A stretch of DNA of 64,000 nucleotides. Source: Macrostomum lignano. Taxonomy: Eukaryota. How positions within the stretch are numbered: the first letter of the stretch is position 1; every line of letters starts with the position of its first letter. The notes under the pieces are model-generated. The model was not told the origin of the DNA. It saw only the letters and a list, made by a program, of their open reading frames with translations, and made no database searches. Below, one piece after another: positions 53,801 to 64,000 of the stretch. A program made the position numbers and the translations under genes. The DNA lies in NCBI GenBank assembly GCA_002269645.1, contig NIVC01000055.1, positions 124,001 through 188,000 of the forward strand, given 5' to 3'.

Positions 53801-56800
53801 GAGATTTCTGTGCGCTGTCATATTCTAGGGTATGAGATTTCTGTGCGCTGTCATATTGTCATATTCTAGCGGGAGGGATTTCTGTCTTATCGGACGTTAC
53901 CGAGCAGTCATATCCCCAATTATTTCCCATATCTTCCCTCAGCGCTCCAAGCCACGCCAGCAGCAGGCGGCTGCCAGCGGCTCACCTTCGGCTGCTCCTG
54001 CGGGCTCAGGCGGGGGTCTGTACTCTAAACTGGACACGTCCGGCATGGACCCCGAATTGGTGGTGTATCTGGATCGGAACTACTGGGAGAAGAGAAGGCG
54101 CGACGGTCAGCAACAGGAGGCTCAAGCAAGCGCCGGAGTTTCCAAGGCGACAACTGCGACAGCTGGGACGGCTGCTACTGCGGCTGCGGCTTCTTTCACT
54201 GTTGCTTCTTCTCAGGAGCAGTCAGCTGTGCAGAAAGGCGGACAGACCAACGTAAGTAATTTTTTCTTAGGAAATAAATCTACATTTTACTTTTTAATTC
54301 GTCAATAGCGAACTCTTCTGATTCTTTCTAATGTAACGCATTCGGCGTAGCTTTATTTTTGAACATGACATACTTTTTAGTCTACTTAAAGTAGAAAGTA
54401 AAGCATCTTTGCTCTATTTTTTGCTTGCAAATTGCTGCAAACTAAATTATTGTACACACAGTGCACGGAATGAGTGAGTAGTCTGTTTGTTTAAAGCCTG
54501 CCGAATGAAGAATGCAAACTGTGCAGCGACTAAGGAAATATGAAATACCTTACCTATCTACGTCACTCTACATGTAAACTGATAATGGAATTTCCTTGCT
54601 GAGCAACAAGATTTACTCTAGCTAGCATGGGGAGGTAAAACAGGGTCAACCTTGGCAAGTCAGCTAACTTGTGTGGCGTAGTGAATGAATGACTTGAGTG
54701 GCGGGCTTTGCAAAGCAGAGCGCATATAGCATATAGCATGATATATGCGTCATGCGTGCGACTGGCAAACTGGCGCTAGCGTAGCAATTTCAACACCCTG
54801 CTGGCCTTAGCCTTGGTTCATGGGTTTTCGCATTTTTTGGATCAAAGTAAAAAATCGATTACCCCCTTTAATCCTAACTTTTCTGGTTTCGCGCCATCTG
54901 CTTTCGGTTTCACCTAGTTAATAGAATTCCCAAGTATGACTAACGACTTGTTGAAACAGAACAGGCGGAAATGCAAGCCGGCATACATTTCGTACAGTCA
55001 GTCGCTCTCTGTGCATCATGCCTTAATTTGTTAACAGTTGCCTGTCTCTTCCAACTTGCTATAGTTGTCTCCGCTTATGTGTGAAATTGGGCGATGCGCA
55101 ATTTCGGTTCAGATTTGAATTGATTTTGTTATAATTAGAAATCCTTCCTAACAAGTTGGGTTGGGGTGGGTAGTGGGCGCGGGCTTAATTGAGACAGGAA
55201 TCACAGGATTGACTAATTTAAACACATTTTAACTTAAGATAGAAAATGCCTTCTAGATAAGAAAATATATAATGGGGTTGCGGGCCGTATGGCTGGTGCT
55301 GGCTGGGGATGGTTTGGTTCGCCAGTTGCGTTGTAAAACGCCACCGGAACGAACAACCCCAAACCCGATTGAAAATGTAAAGTTATATAGAAAATGACTG
55401 GAACGGAATTGGAAAGGGATAGAGGGGTTTGGGGGTGAAGAAAGGACACGACGGGCACAGCGAAAACTTTGCCCCGATGCTGTCCGTGGGCCAGCCCCTC
55501 CTCTCTGTCCTTAATAGTTAGGGGACTTGTCGCCCGCGTACATTTTGGCTTAACGCGGCTGAACCAGCCCCCCCCCCCAAGCCCTTTGCAGGTCACCAAA
55601 AAGACCTCAATTTCGCCATTGGCTCCGTCTGACTCAGCTCCTTTCATTCCCTTCCTTCCAAGTCTAAACCAAACCTTCTCCCTCCTGATAGCGATGGGGT
55701 GGCGGGTTTCGGGGGGGGGGGGTATCCGACACTTCCAATTATAGGCTGACCCATCCCACCCCCTCAGCTTTCAGCGCATGTGTGCGCGGGGGCACCGAAA
55801 TTGGTCCGTCCGACCCGCGAAATTCATCCATAGAAAGAAGCCTTAGTGCTTGCTTGCGACTGGCTGAACTGACTTTTAAGAGTCAAGACCCAAACATGCT
55901 GTAAATGCGAATACAGCCGGGACAGCAGGCAGTCTGGCATATAGCTTTACCTTACCACTGTGCGAATGCCACCTCTTGTGTATAAACAACAACTTATTTA
56001 GCTAAACTGACTGTAAGACACTGAGCGTCGAACTGCAGCACATCGCGCTTGCTTAATAAAAATTTCACGATTCTGTAATTCGCTACCTCGGCAATGAGTC
56101 TTGGCGACGGCGTTTACGTCGACGGCAGCTGGGAGTTGAGCATCTTAGTTGATGATTTGCAATTAACTCGCCGACTGCGCGTCAACGGCGAGACTCACAT
56201 AGGCGGCCTGATGCTTCGCTTAGTTGAAGCCATCGACGTGCGAATGGACTGGTCAGATCACGGCCTGTGGTGGCCGGCGCATAATCGTTGGTTATTAAAA
56301 ACTCGGCACACCCTTGATCAGTGCGGAGTGCAAGCCGACGCTAAACTGGAATTCCATCGGATGCACGGCTACGCTCGAGTTCAGCTGCCCGACTTGCAGG
56401 AAATAGAAATGCGCCTCAGCTTTGCTCAAACGGTATTTGCTGTTGTAGTTTCCGCCTGTCGAGAGCTCGGCATCCGTCACCCCGAGGAGCTCTCGTTGCA
56501 GGCCGACGGACTTCAGGGCGCCGCGTCTTGCGATGGTAACAACGGCGACAGCGGGGACAGCAGTAGCGGCAGTCTGCTTCGGACTGGCCATAAAAAGAAG
56601 AGCCCGTCGAGTCCGATGCGACCCTCGCCGAGTCCTCGATCGGCCGCTTCGCTTGGCAGCCTCGGTGGCAGCCTAGGCGACTGCATCGACGGCGGCGGCA
56701 GCGTGGCCACCCTGGCTGACAGTCCGAGAGTGAAGGCGACATCGACAGCTTCGCCGCGTCACCAGCGCGGCAATCGGCGGCCTCCTCGCACGCCGTTAGA

Positions 56801-59800
56801 ACGGGCGGTGGCCAGCGGTGTAGAGTCCTGGCTTGACTCGTCCCGCAGCCTGATGGAGCAGGGGCTGCGACCCTGCGGCGACAGCTTGTCTAGCGGGCCA
56901 TTGAGGCTTCGCTTTAAATTTCACGCTCACTACGATTTGAATCCTCAGCTGGACGCTGTTCGCATTAACCAGCTGTACGAGCAGGCGAAGTGGTCAGTGC
57001 TGATTGGCGAGCAGCAGTGCACGGAGGAGGAGGCCATGTTGTTAGCCGCACTGCAGCTGCAGGCCCAGCTTGGCGCCAGGCCAAACGAACCGGCTGCGGG
57101 CTCCGCCGGTTCGGCTTTGAACGAAGCCTCGGCGCTGGTTATGCCGTCGTCGAATCTGGCAGATGCGGATGCTCAGCTCGATGCTGAGATCGACGCCGAC
57201 CTTGCCCAGCTGGAGGCGTCGCTGTCTTTGTCTCCAACGTCGGCTTCTGACGGTGTAGCACCGTCGGTAGTGGCTTCGACGATCGGACGAAGCGGCGCGG
57301 CCAGCGCGCCAATAGAAGCCGTGCCCGAGCTGGCCAGCTGGTTGAAGGTCTCCTCAGGCGGCAGCGGAGGCGGCGTGTTCGCCACGCTGACGCTGCGTGG
57401 CGGCGCCGATTCAGGCAAGCGGCGCTATTTGATTTTGCGCGAACTCCAGTTGCTGGTCTGCTCGGACGATACCGAGGCTGGCCGAACTGAGCCCGTGGCC
57501 GAGCTGTCTCTGGCCGGCGCCGAGGTCATGCCGGACACTGCTGGCGGCCGCCTTTCGATTCGCTTGCTGCCGTCGTCTGGCTCTTCAACTGGCTGGTGGC
57601 GGCTGAAATTCGGCGGCGATAACGCCAGGCGGCAGTTCGCCGAATGGTCGGCCGGTCTGAGCCTGGCCGCGCGAGGCCGAACCCTGGCCAGCCAGGACCT
57701 GTTCACCGCCGAGGTGCGAGACATCCTGGCCCGTCTGGAGCTCCAATGTCCAACTATCGCCGCAGTGTCCGAAGCGGCTGAGCTATCCGCGGAGGAAGTC
57801 GTCGAAAACCTGGATCCGACCGACTACTTGCCGCCGGCCGTGTTGAAAAGCGGCGGCAAGCCTCGGGCTTTGGCCAGGCAGATTCTGGAGCGCCGAGCCC
57901 GCGTCCTTGATCGCAGCCGCCTTGACGCTAAGCTGGATTACATCCGGGCCTGGCAGCGTCTGCCAATGTCGGGCGTGACTTATTTTTGCGTCTATTATAG
58001 CGAGCAGCAGCCCGGAGCTCCCGTCAGCTTCGACGATTTCCGTCGCGAGCGCCGACAGCAGAAGAAGCAGAACCGGCGTCCAGACCTGTTCGGCGTGGCT
58101 TTCAATCGGATTATGCGGCTGAACCCGCTGACTGGCGACGCGCTGGCCACCTGGCGCTATCACGAGCTGGACTCCTGGACAGTGAACTGGGAGATGATGA
58201 GCTTGAGTGCCAGCTTGAACCGGCCGCCGCACTACATGTGCCTGACCCCGTGTCCCAGCAACCCGGCTCTGAAGCTGAACGTGTGCAAAACCCTAGCCGA
58301 ATACATTGGCGGCTACGTGTTTCTCAGTCTGAGAAAGCCGGAGAAAAGTCAGCTGCTCGACGAGCGAATGTTTCAGAAGCTCACCTGCGGCAGGGACGCG
58401 GTTTCCGCTTGAAGCACGGGCCAGATGGCAGATGGTTTTGTTGTGCTAGATCGATTATTCGATATCTTCTAGAAGCAGGTCCAGCAATATCGGACTAACT
58501 GATCAATGCGTTACAGTCCAGAGATTTTTAATGCAGTTCTGTTTATGGGCTTTGCCTTTGCTTATGGCTTGGCTTTTTATGTTGTTTTTTTCAGTTCGAA
58601 TTGGCGCCTTTTTAAATCAAATACTATATTAGTACATGCATTATTATGGTTCTGCTAATCTCCACTTGATATTTGTGCTGTTTTATAGAATCGCGCAAAA
58701 CTAATTTGGTTTATTATTTTATTAATTTAGACATTCGAAACTATTGTGCAGTCTCGGCATTAGGAATACGCGCTTAAGTGGAGAAATCGTTGCATATTGT
58801 TTTTATTCATTTTTTAATTTTTGGTATTATATAGTATGCATATGGTCAATGGGTATTATTATGCTGTACATACATTTGCATTAAACGTACCCTCTGCTCT
58901 GCTATCGTCCTGATCGAATCTTTTTTTGCTTAACAAACGTTTTGCTTTTGTATTACCAGTGGATAACATTATAATATATACATTGATAGTAAAATTTAAA
59001 AAATTAGTAATTTCGTGCACGCTTAGCCACTTTTGTGTTTCTTTCATTTAACGTACTTAATAAAAATACCTGCTGTTAGTTTTCACGACCAGGTGCTCAA
59101 GTCAGAGATTATTCTCTGACTTAAGTCTTATTGACAGTCTAAAGGACTAGCGGGATCTCAGGACGTCTCAGGACCAGCAGGATCTTATCTCACTCAGGTC
59201 TAAGGACCAGCAGGATCTTATCTCACTCAGGTCTAAGGACCAGCAGGATCTTATCTCACTCAGGTCTAAGAACCAGCAGGATCTTATCTCACTCAGGTCT
59301 AAGGACAGGATCTCACTCAGGTCTAAGGACAGGATCGAGGATCTCACCCAGGTCTAAGGACAGCGGGATCTCACCCAGGTCTAAGGACAGGGGGATCTCA
59401 CTCAGGTCTAAGGACAGGAGGATCTCACCCAGGTCTAAGGACAGGGGGATCTCACCCAGGTCTAAGGACAGGGGATCTCACCAGGTCTAAGGACAGGGGA
59501 TCTCACCAGGTCTAAGGACAGGGGATCTCACCCAGGTCTAAGGACAGGGGATCTCACCCAGGTCTAAGGATCTCACTCAGGTCTAAGGACAGGGGATCTC
59601 ACCCAGGTCTAAGGACAGCAGGATCTCACCAGGTCTAAGGACAGGGGATCTCACCCAGGTCTAAGAACCAGCAGGATCTCACTCAGGTCTAAGGACAGGG
59701 GGATCTCACCCAGGTCTAAGAACCAGCAGGATCTCACTCAGGTCTAAGGACAGGGGGATCTCACCCAGGTCTAAGAACCAGCAGGATCTCACTCAGGTCT

Positions 59801-62800
59801 AAGGACAGGGGGATCTCACCCAGGTCTAAGAACCAGCAGTATCTCAGTCAGGTCTAAGGACAGGGGGATCTCACCCAGGTCTAAGAACCAGCATGATCTC
59901 ACTCAGGTCTAAGGACAGGGGGATCTCACCCAGGTCTAAGAACCAGCAGGATCTCACTCAGGTCTAAGGACAGGGGGATCTCACCCAGGTCTAAGAACCA
60001 GCAGGATCTCACTCAGGTCTAAGGACAGCGGAATCTCACCCAGGTCTAAGAACCAGCATGATCTCACTCAGGTCTAAGGACAGGGGGATCTCACCCAGGT
60101 CTAAGAACCAGCAGGATCTCACTCAGGTCTAAGGACAGCGGAATCTCACCCAGGTCTAAGAACCAGCATGATCTCACTCAGGTCTAAGGACAGCGGGATC
60201 TCACCCAGGTCTAAGGACAGCGGGATCTCACTCAGGTCTAAGGACAGGGGCATCTCACCCAGGTCTAAGAACCAGCAGGATCTCACTCAGGTCTAAGGAC
60301 AGGGGGATCTCACCCAGGTCTAAGAACCAGCAGGATCTCACTCAGGTCTAAGGACAGCGGAATCTCACCCAGGTCTAAGAACCAGTAGGATCTCACTGGA
60401 GGTTGCAGAAAATCATTGATCGAAGTTCATCAATCGCATCTATTTGCTACTCCAGGATAATTTCGTAGTGCACAGAAGCAAGGTTGCCTGTGCAGATACT
60501 TGTACTGCTTCTGCGCAAGTGTCCCATTTTTGCGACAGCCGCTTCGCTTGGCCTCGTCTAAAGAGATTTTCAACTGCAACTGTAATCCAAGAGCTTTTCC
60601 GCAGCAAAGTAGCAAATTGGGGGCTGAAATATTTCTATACGGCGCTGGGCGTTGACTTTCGTTCAATACTCGTATAATAATAATAATAATAAAAGTAGGT
60701 CCCCAGAAAGGCCTCAGTAGAAATAGCTGGCACTTGTTTACCCTGCGTCCAATTCTGTGGATACTGTGGGCAGGCAGGCAGGCAGCGAAAAGGACCAGGC
60801 TAAACGCGAAAGTTTTAGCTCGTATCGGGCAAGAGCCATCTCTCTTTCGGCTTTCCTTCTAGATGCAAGGAGAGAGGGAGATAGAGACGGGTGCATGCGG
60901 GGTTATCCCCCGAATCTTTGCAACTTTCTGCAGCGTGCGCACTTTCATCGGCGTCTCTATTCTATCCCATGTCTAAATCCCTAAACACTCTGCCGAGGTC
61001 CTGCGGCTCCTGCCCGGCTTTGGCCTTAATTTGCCAAGCATAAAGAATAGAAAAATTAATAATGGAATTTGTGTGTTTCCTATTATTATTGCATTCTAAT
61101 GGCTCCAGACCAGCTCAGTTCTGGAGTGTCTAGCCAGCCCAGATCTAAAGTGTCTATCCAGCCCAGATCTAGAGTGTCTAACCAGCCCAGATCTAAAGTG
61201 TCTATCCAGCCCAGATCTGGAGTGTCTAACCAGCCCAGTTCTCTCTTTCATCGGCCTGTTGATGAGTTAAAGAAATCTAGGCTGGGAAACTATAGTTGCA
61301 CTTTTAAGTGCTCCCCCTTCCCACAGTTGAGCCTGCAGAACCGATCATTGCGGCTAATGCCCTCTGCGCATTTCTCGACTCCCAAACTGGTTTTGCCGGG
61401 ACTTTCCGATCGAATTCGCTTCCTCTTGCTAATCTCGACTGCCTCCGTTCGGCTGCTGAGCAATTATATCCCAGCTCCGATTGGTAGCTTCGATGCCGGC
61501 TGCCTCCGTTCCCTCACGCTGTGTCGCCATGGCTTTTAAAAATGCCAGAGTCCATCCTATCCGCAGGCATCCGAGCGATGGCCACTTGCACTTTAAACAA
61601 ATGGGGTAGAATTTCAGATCCAACATACTGTACATTGCAAAACTGACAACATGATTAATGAGCATATCGGCAATTGCTAGACAACTGTTTGTAGATGTCA
61701 GCATTTGCCTACAAACTGTGTCTAGCAAGTTTTCCTGTGGCTGAAAACATCTAACCAAAATGGGAACAACAGTTGAACCCCGCTCCGCCATCTATCCAAG
61801 TCTCAGCTTCCCAACCGTGCTTCCACTGTGTGTGTGTGTGGGGGGGGGCAAATTGACGCAGAACAATTGATGAAGATCGCATTTATTAGTCCTAGTTATT
61901 TGCCAATTTTATAGGCTCTATATTTTTCGGAGTTCTTGTATCAACTGCATAAAATGCAGTTATTTTTTAAACAACGAATGAGACAAATATCAGGCTTAAA
62001 ACGCGATGACACTACTGAATTGTAAGTAGCATAATTAGCGCCAATCTCGGTGAACACGCGCAACAATTCAGGGCGAATCGGCCGGGCTTGGCAAAGACGA
62101 GGACGCCGGGCCTCGCGAGGAATTCCTCCGCGCTCTGGCCAGCAGCATCGAGATCTTCGTCAACCGGATGAAGGCCGACAGCGTACGCGGCCGCAGCGTT
62201 GCAGCCGACGGCACCGTCCAGACGCTGTTTATGACCCTCAACCAGATGCACCCGCAGCTCATCGAGCACATGAACCGGGTCGAGGCCCGGCGCAACATTC
62301 TGGAGGAGCAGCAGGACAAACTGGCCAGACTGAGGGACGCTCGAGAGGCGTTGAACGCCCTGCGAGATGAGCACGAGCAGAGGCGCAAGGCTGAGCAGCA
62401 GGAGCGGGAGAAGCAGCGATTCGCTCAGATGATGATCAAACTGGAGGAGATGCGCCAGAAGAAGCATGTAAGGCCAGCCCATGTTTTTTGTGTGCAACTG
62501 ACATTTGACTGCCAGTGACATTTGACTGCCAGTGACATTTGACTGCCAGTTACATTTGAATTGTCAGTGACATTTGACTGCCAGTGCCATCTGACTGTCA
62601 ATGACAATTGTCACCGCCATTAATGGCAATCATACGTGCCGATATGTATCGAAAAAAACGTGTTTCTCGTTCCGCCTGACAGGAGTTCATGGAGTACCAG
62701 CGCCAGCTGCAAATCCAACAGATGGAAGCCCAGCGCCGGGAATTCGAAATGCGAATGGAGGCGCAGAAGCAGCGCCAGGCAATGGAGCAGTACAAGCAGC

Positions 62801-63303
62801 AGTTCCCCTATTCGAGCGGCGCCTACCAGCAGCAGTTCGTCCCCCAGCCTGGGCAGCCCGGGCCTCAGCCGCCAGCTTCAAGCGGTGGCTACGCCATCCA
62901 GTACCCGCCGGGCTATCCAGTCCAGCAGCAGCAGCAGCCGCCGCCGCAGTCAGTCGCTAGTAGCGCCGGTTATTCGCTGCCGCACTCTGCTGCTTCGACT
63001 GATCCGTCTGCCCAGTACATGTACCACATGCAGCAGCAGCCACCCAGCTCTGATGCGCAATATTCCACTGCTCCGATGTCGCTGCCGCCTCAGCATCATC
63101 CCCAGCAGCAGCAGCAATATTCTCAGCACCAGCCTCAGCAGCAGCAGCCTTCGTACACCTATGCTCAGCAGTATCAGCAGCCGCAGCAACAGCCGCAGCA
63201 GCAGCCGCAGCAATACCAGCAGCCTCAAGTGACATCGTCGGATCCTCAGCAGCAGCAGCAGCAGCAGCAACAATCTGACGAAGCTCAATTGATCCAGTTT
63301 TGA
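44893..63303 (+). CDS. HGS: HGS/Hrs (ESCRT-0 subunit; VHS-FYVE-UIM-coiled coil-Q/P-rich tail), about 716 aa; exons 44893..44941, 49114..49198, 49295..49370, 49458..49550, 49671..49788, 50545..50791, 52304..52358, 53496..53597, 53943..54251, 62072..62467, 62683..63303
   Basis: VHS (KATSNLNLETDWAAILNICDLIRQ; KNCG), FYVE (RRKHHCRSCGNIFC...RFGIEKEVRVC), UIM (EKEELELALALSASEAE), DPELVVYLDRNYWEK, coiled coil (QDKLARLRDAREAL) and terminal AQLIQF. Ten GT-AG introns with consistent phases; total 2151 nt. Exon 7 is the least supported by homology. Confidence 0.92.
45151..45422. mobile_element. MITE of about 270 bp with about 58-bp TIRs in HGS intron 1
   Basis: TAGAGTTCCGCCACCGGAACCCATTTTCTAATGGCTACAGATCCGGCAG at the left end matches the reverse complement of CTGCCGGATCCCTAGCTGTTAGAAAACGGGTTCTGGTGCTGGAACTCTA at the right end. 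TA at both ends. Confidence 0.65.
47030..47535 (+). repeat. Dispersed repeat of about 500 bp, copy 2
   Basis: Colinear similarity to 40993-41488, with the identical core at 47423-47480. Confidence 0.75.
50025..50330. repeat. 44-bp minisatellite in HGS intron 5
   Basis: (CAGCGAGTCTCTTGTCAGCGCCCGCCATCCAACACTACTCGTAT)n. Confidence 0.93.
50880..51700. repeat. 30-bp minisatellite in HGS intron 6
   Basis: (TTCCCCTTGAGTCCTTGGCCATCTAATCAG)n. Confidence 0.93.
52411..52650 (+). mobile_element. tRNA-derived SINE-like insertion (about 240 bp) with (TTA)n tail and 14-bp target-site duplication
   Basis: A-box-like TAGCCTACTGG (52419-52429), B-box GGTTCGATTCC (52450-52460), (TTA)n tail at about 52617-52647, flanking direct repeats GTACTTAATGTCCA (52397-52410) and GTACTTAATATCCA (52651-52664). 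Confidence 0.8.
53715..53860. repeat. 33-bp repeat (about 4 copies) in HGS intron 8
   Basis: TCATATTCTAGGGTATGAGATTTCTGTGCGCTG. Confidence 0.88.
56094..58412 (+). CDS. FERMT: Kindlin / fermitin family homolog (UNC-112-like), single exon, 772 aa, nested in HGS intron 9
   Basis: F0 (DGSWELSI...HIGGLML...DWSDHGLWW...LLKT.HTLDQCGVQADAKLEF), F1 (GIRHPEELSL), F2 (WLDSSRSLMEQG, LRFKF, DAVRINQLYEQAKW, CTEEEAML.AALQLQ), inserted PH domain, F3 (GVAFNRIMR, TWRY, WTVNWE, LAEYIGGYVFLS.R). Uninterrupted ORF from ATG to TGA. Confidence 0.95.
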   Translation: MSLGDGVYVDGSWELSILVDDLQLTRRLRVNGETHIGGLMLRLVEAIDVRMDWSDHGLWWPAHNRWLLKTRHTLDQCGVQADAKLEFHRMHGYARVQLPDLQEIEMRLSFAQTVFAVVVSACRELGIRHPEELSLQADGLQGAASCDGNNGDSGDSSSGSLLRTGHKKKSPSSPMRPSPSPRSAASLGSLGGSLGDCIDGGGSVATLADSPRVKATSTASPRHQRGNRRPPRTPLERAVASGVESWLDSSRSLMEQGLRPCGDSLSSGPLRLRFKFHAHYDLNPQLDAVRINQLYEQAKWSVLIGEQQCTEEEAMLLAALQLQAQLGARPNEPAAGSAGSALNEASALVMPSSNLADADAQLDAEIDADLAQLEASLSLSPTSASDGVAPSVVASTIGRSGAASAPIEAVPELASWLKVSSGGSGGGVFATLTLRGGADSGKRRYLILRELQLLVCSDDTEAGRTEPVAELSLAGAEVMPDTAGGRLSIRLLPSSGSSTGWWRLKFGGDNARRQFAEWSAGLSLAARGRTLASQDLFTAEVRDILARLELQCPTIAAVSEAAELSAEEVVENLDPTDYLPPAVLKSGGKPRALARQILERRARVLDRSRLDAKLDYIRAWQRLPMSGVTYFCVYYSEQQPGAPVSFDDFRRERRQQKKQNRRPDLFGVAFNRIMRLNPLTGDALATWRYHELDSWTVNWEMMSLSASLNRPPHYMCLTPCPSNPALKLNVCKTLAEYIGGYVFLSLRKPEKSQLLDERMFQKLTCGRDAVSA
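59150..60397. repeat. 27-30-bp minisatellite with alternating (dimeric) units in HGS intron 9
   Basis: CAGGTCTAAGGACAGGGGGATCTCACC alternating with CAGGTCTAAGAACCAGCAGGATCTCACT. Confidence 0.93.
62508..62600. repeat. 17-bp repeat in HGS intron 10
   Basis: (TGACATTTGACTGCCAG)n. Confidence 0.8.
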
Positions 63304-64000
63304 AGAACCGATTGCAAAGACAGAAACAATGATGCATAAACTTGTCTTATTATTTATTGTTATACAGAATACCGAAAAAGTTTCGCAGTGTCATAACAGA
63401 ATTTTTAACTCCAGATACCCCCCTGTTCCTCTCTTTAGCCACTCTCCTATAATCTTCAGAAGCAAAAATTTTGATTTTTTCAAGTCGATACTCAGTAATA
63501 CATTTCACTTCACTGAGGAGAATTGTTCTGTAATTTAAATTCGCGCTCTTTAACCATAATACTACTTCTATTAGTAGTTTAACCAGCTTTGCTTATCCAG
63601 TCTTACGCTTGCTACTCCTTTTTTAATAATCTCTTCATATAACCTTGTCTGATGTACAAGGAGAAGCTTAAAAAATGTTGTGAAAGGTTTTTAATGAAAA
63701 TAGCATAACAAAATCTTTGTCTGTAGTAGGCCAGCTTTGCACAACAATATTAATATCTGGTCTTTTGATCCTAGGCAATCCTATGGAAAATAAGCAAATG
63801 CTTTTTGCTTTTCTTGCGTCATTTATATGCCATATGTAACCTAATTAATTATTATAGTAGCGTGACTCAATTCAGATGGAGAGATGCATAATTAATTAAC
63901 ATTTATAATTAAGAAGACAAATATAATACAGCGGAATGCACTGCCCAGTAATATACTTTTTGCGTCGCTTTGATTCTGTTACAATCTAGATGTACCTATC

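Noticed and set aside
54251-56094. In-frame HGS-kindlin fusion protein by splicing
   Set aside because: The nearest acceptor (exon start 56039) is 55 nt from the kindlin ATG, so it is out of frame with the phase-0 HGS donor. The acceptor at 56001 is followed by in-frame stops.
60400-61850. Short ORFs in HGS intron 9 downstream of kindlin (for example 61429-61791)
   Set aside because: No recognisable motifs, non-ATG or weak starts, and no splice support.

Overview
Eukaryotic (metazoan) genomic DNA with very minisatellite-rich introns and GC-rich exons. The style suggests a free-living flatworm such as Macrostomum; this is an inference and cannot be proven from the window. Positions 1-23.3 kb are a patchwork of about 17 micro/minisatellite arrays separated by unique spacers with no recognisable intact gene. 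From 23.7 to 40.5 kb there are four tandem minus-strand spliced genes: CCDC47 (5 exons), a classical SDR oxidoreductase (2 exons), an FBXO22-like F-box/FIST protein (4 exons) and erlin (4 exons). Each was reconstructed by hand with GT-AG junctions and consistent phases. An AT-rich block (about 40.5-49 kb) holds several nested non-autonomous TIR elements and the first exon of HGS/Hrs (ESCRT-0; 11 exons, 44893-63303, + strand). The most striking feature is a complete, intronless kindlin/fermitin ORF (772 aa) nested on the SAME strand inside HGS intron 9. A tRNA-derived SINE with a target-site duplication lies in HGS intron 7. Most long ORFs in the supplied track are tandem-repeat artefacts.
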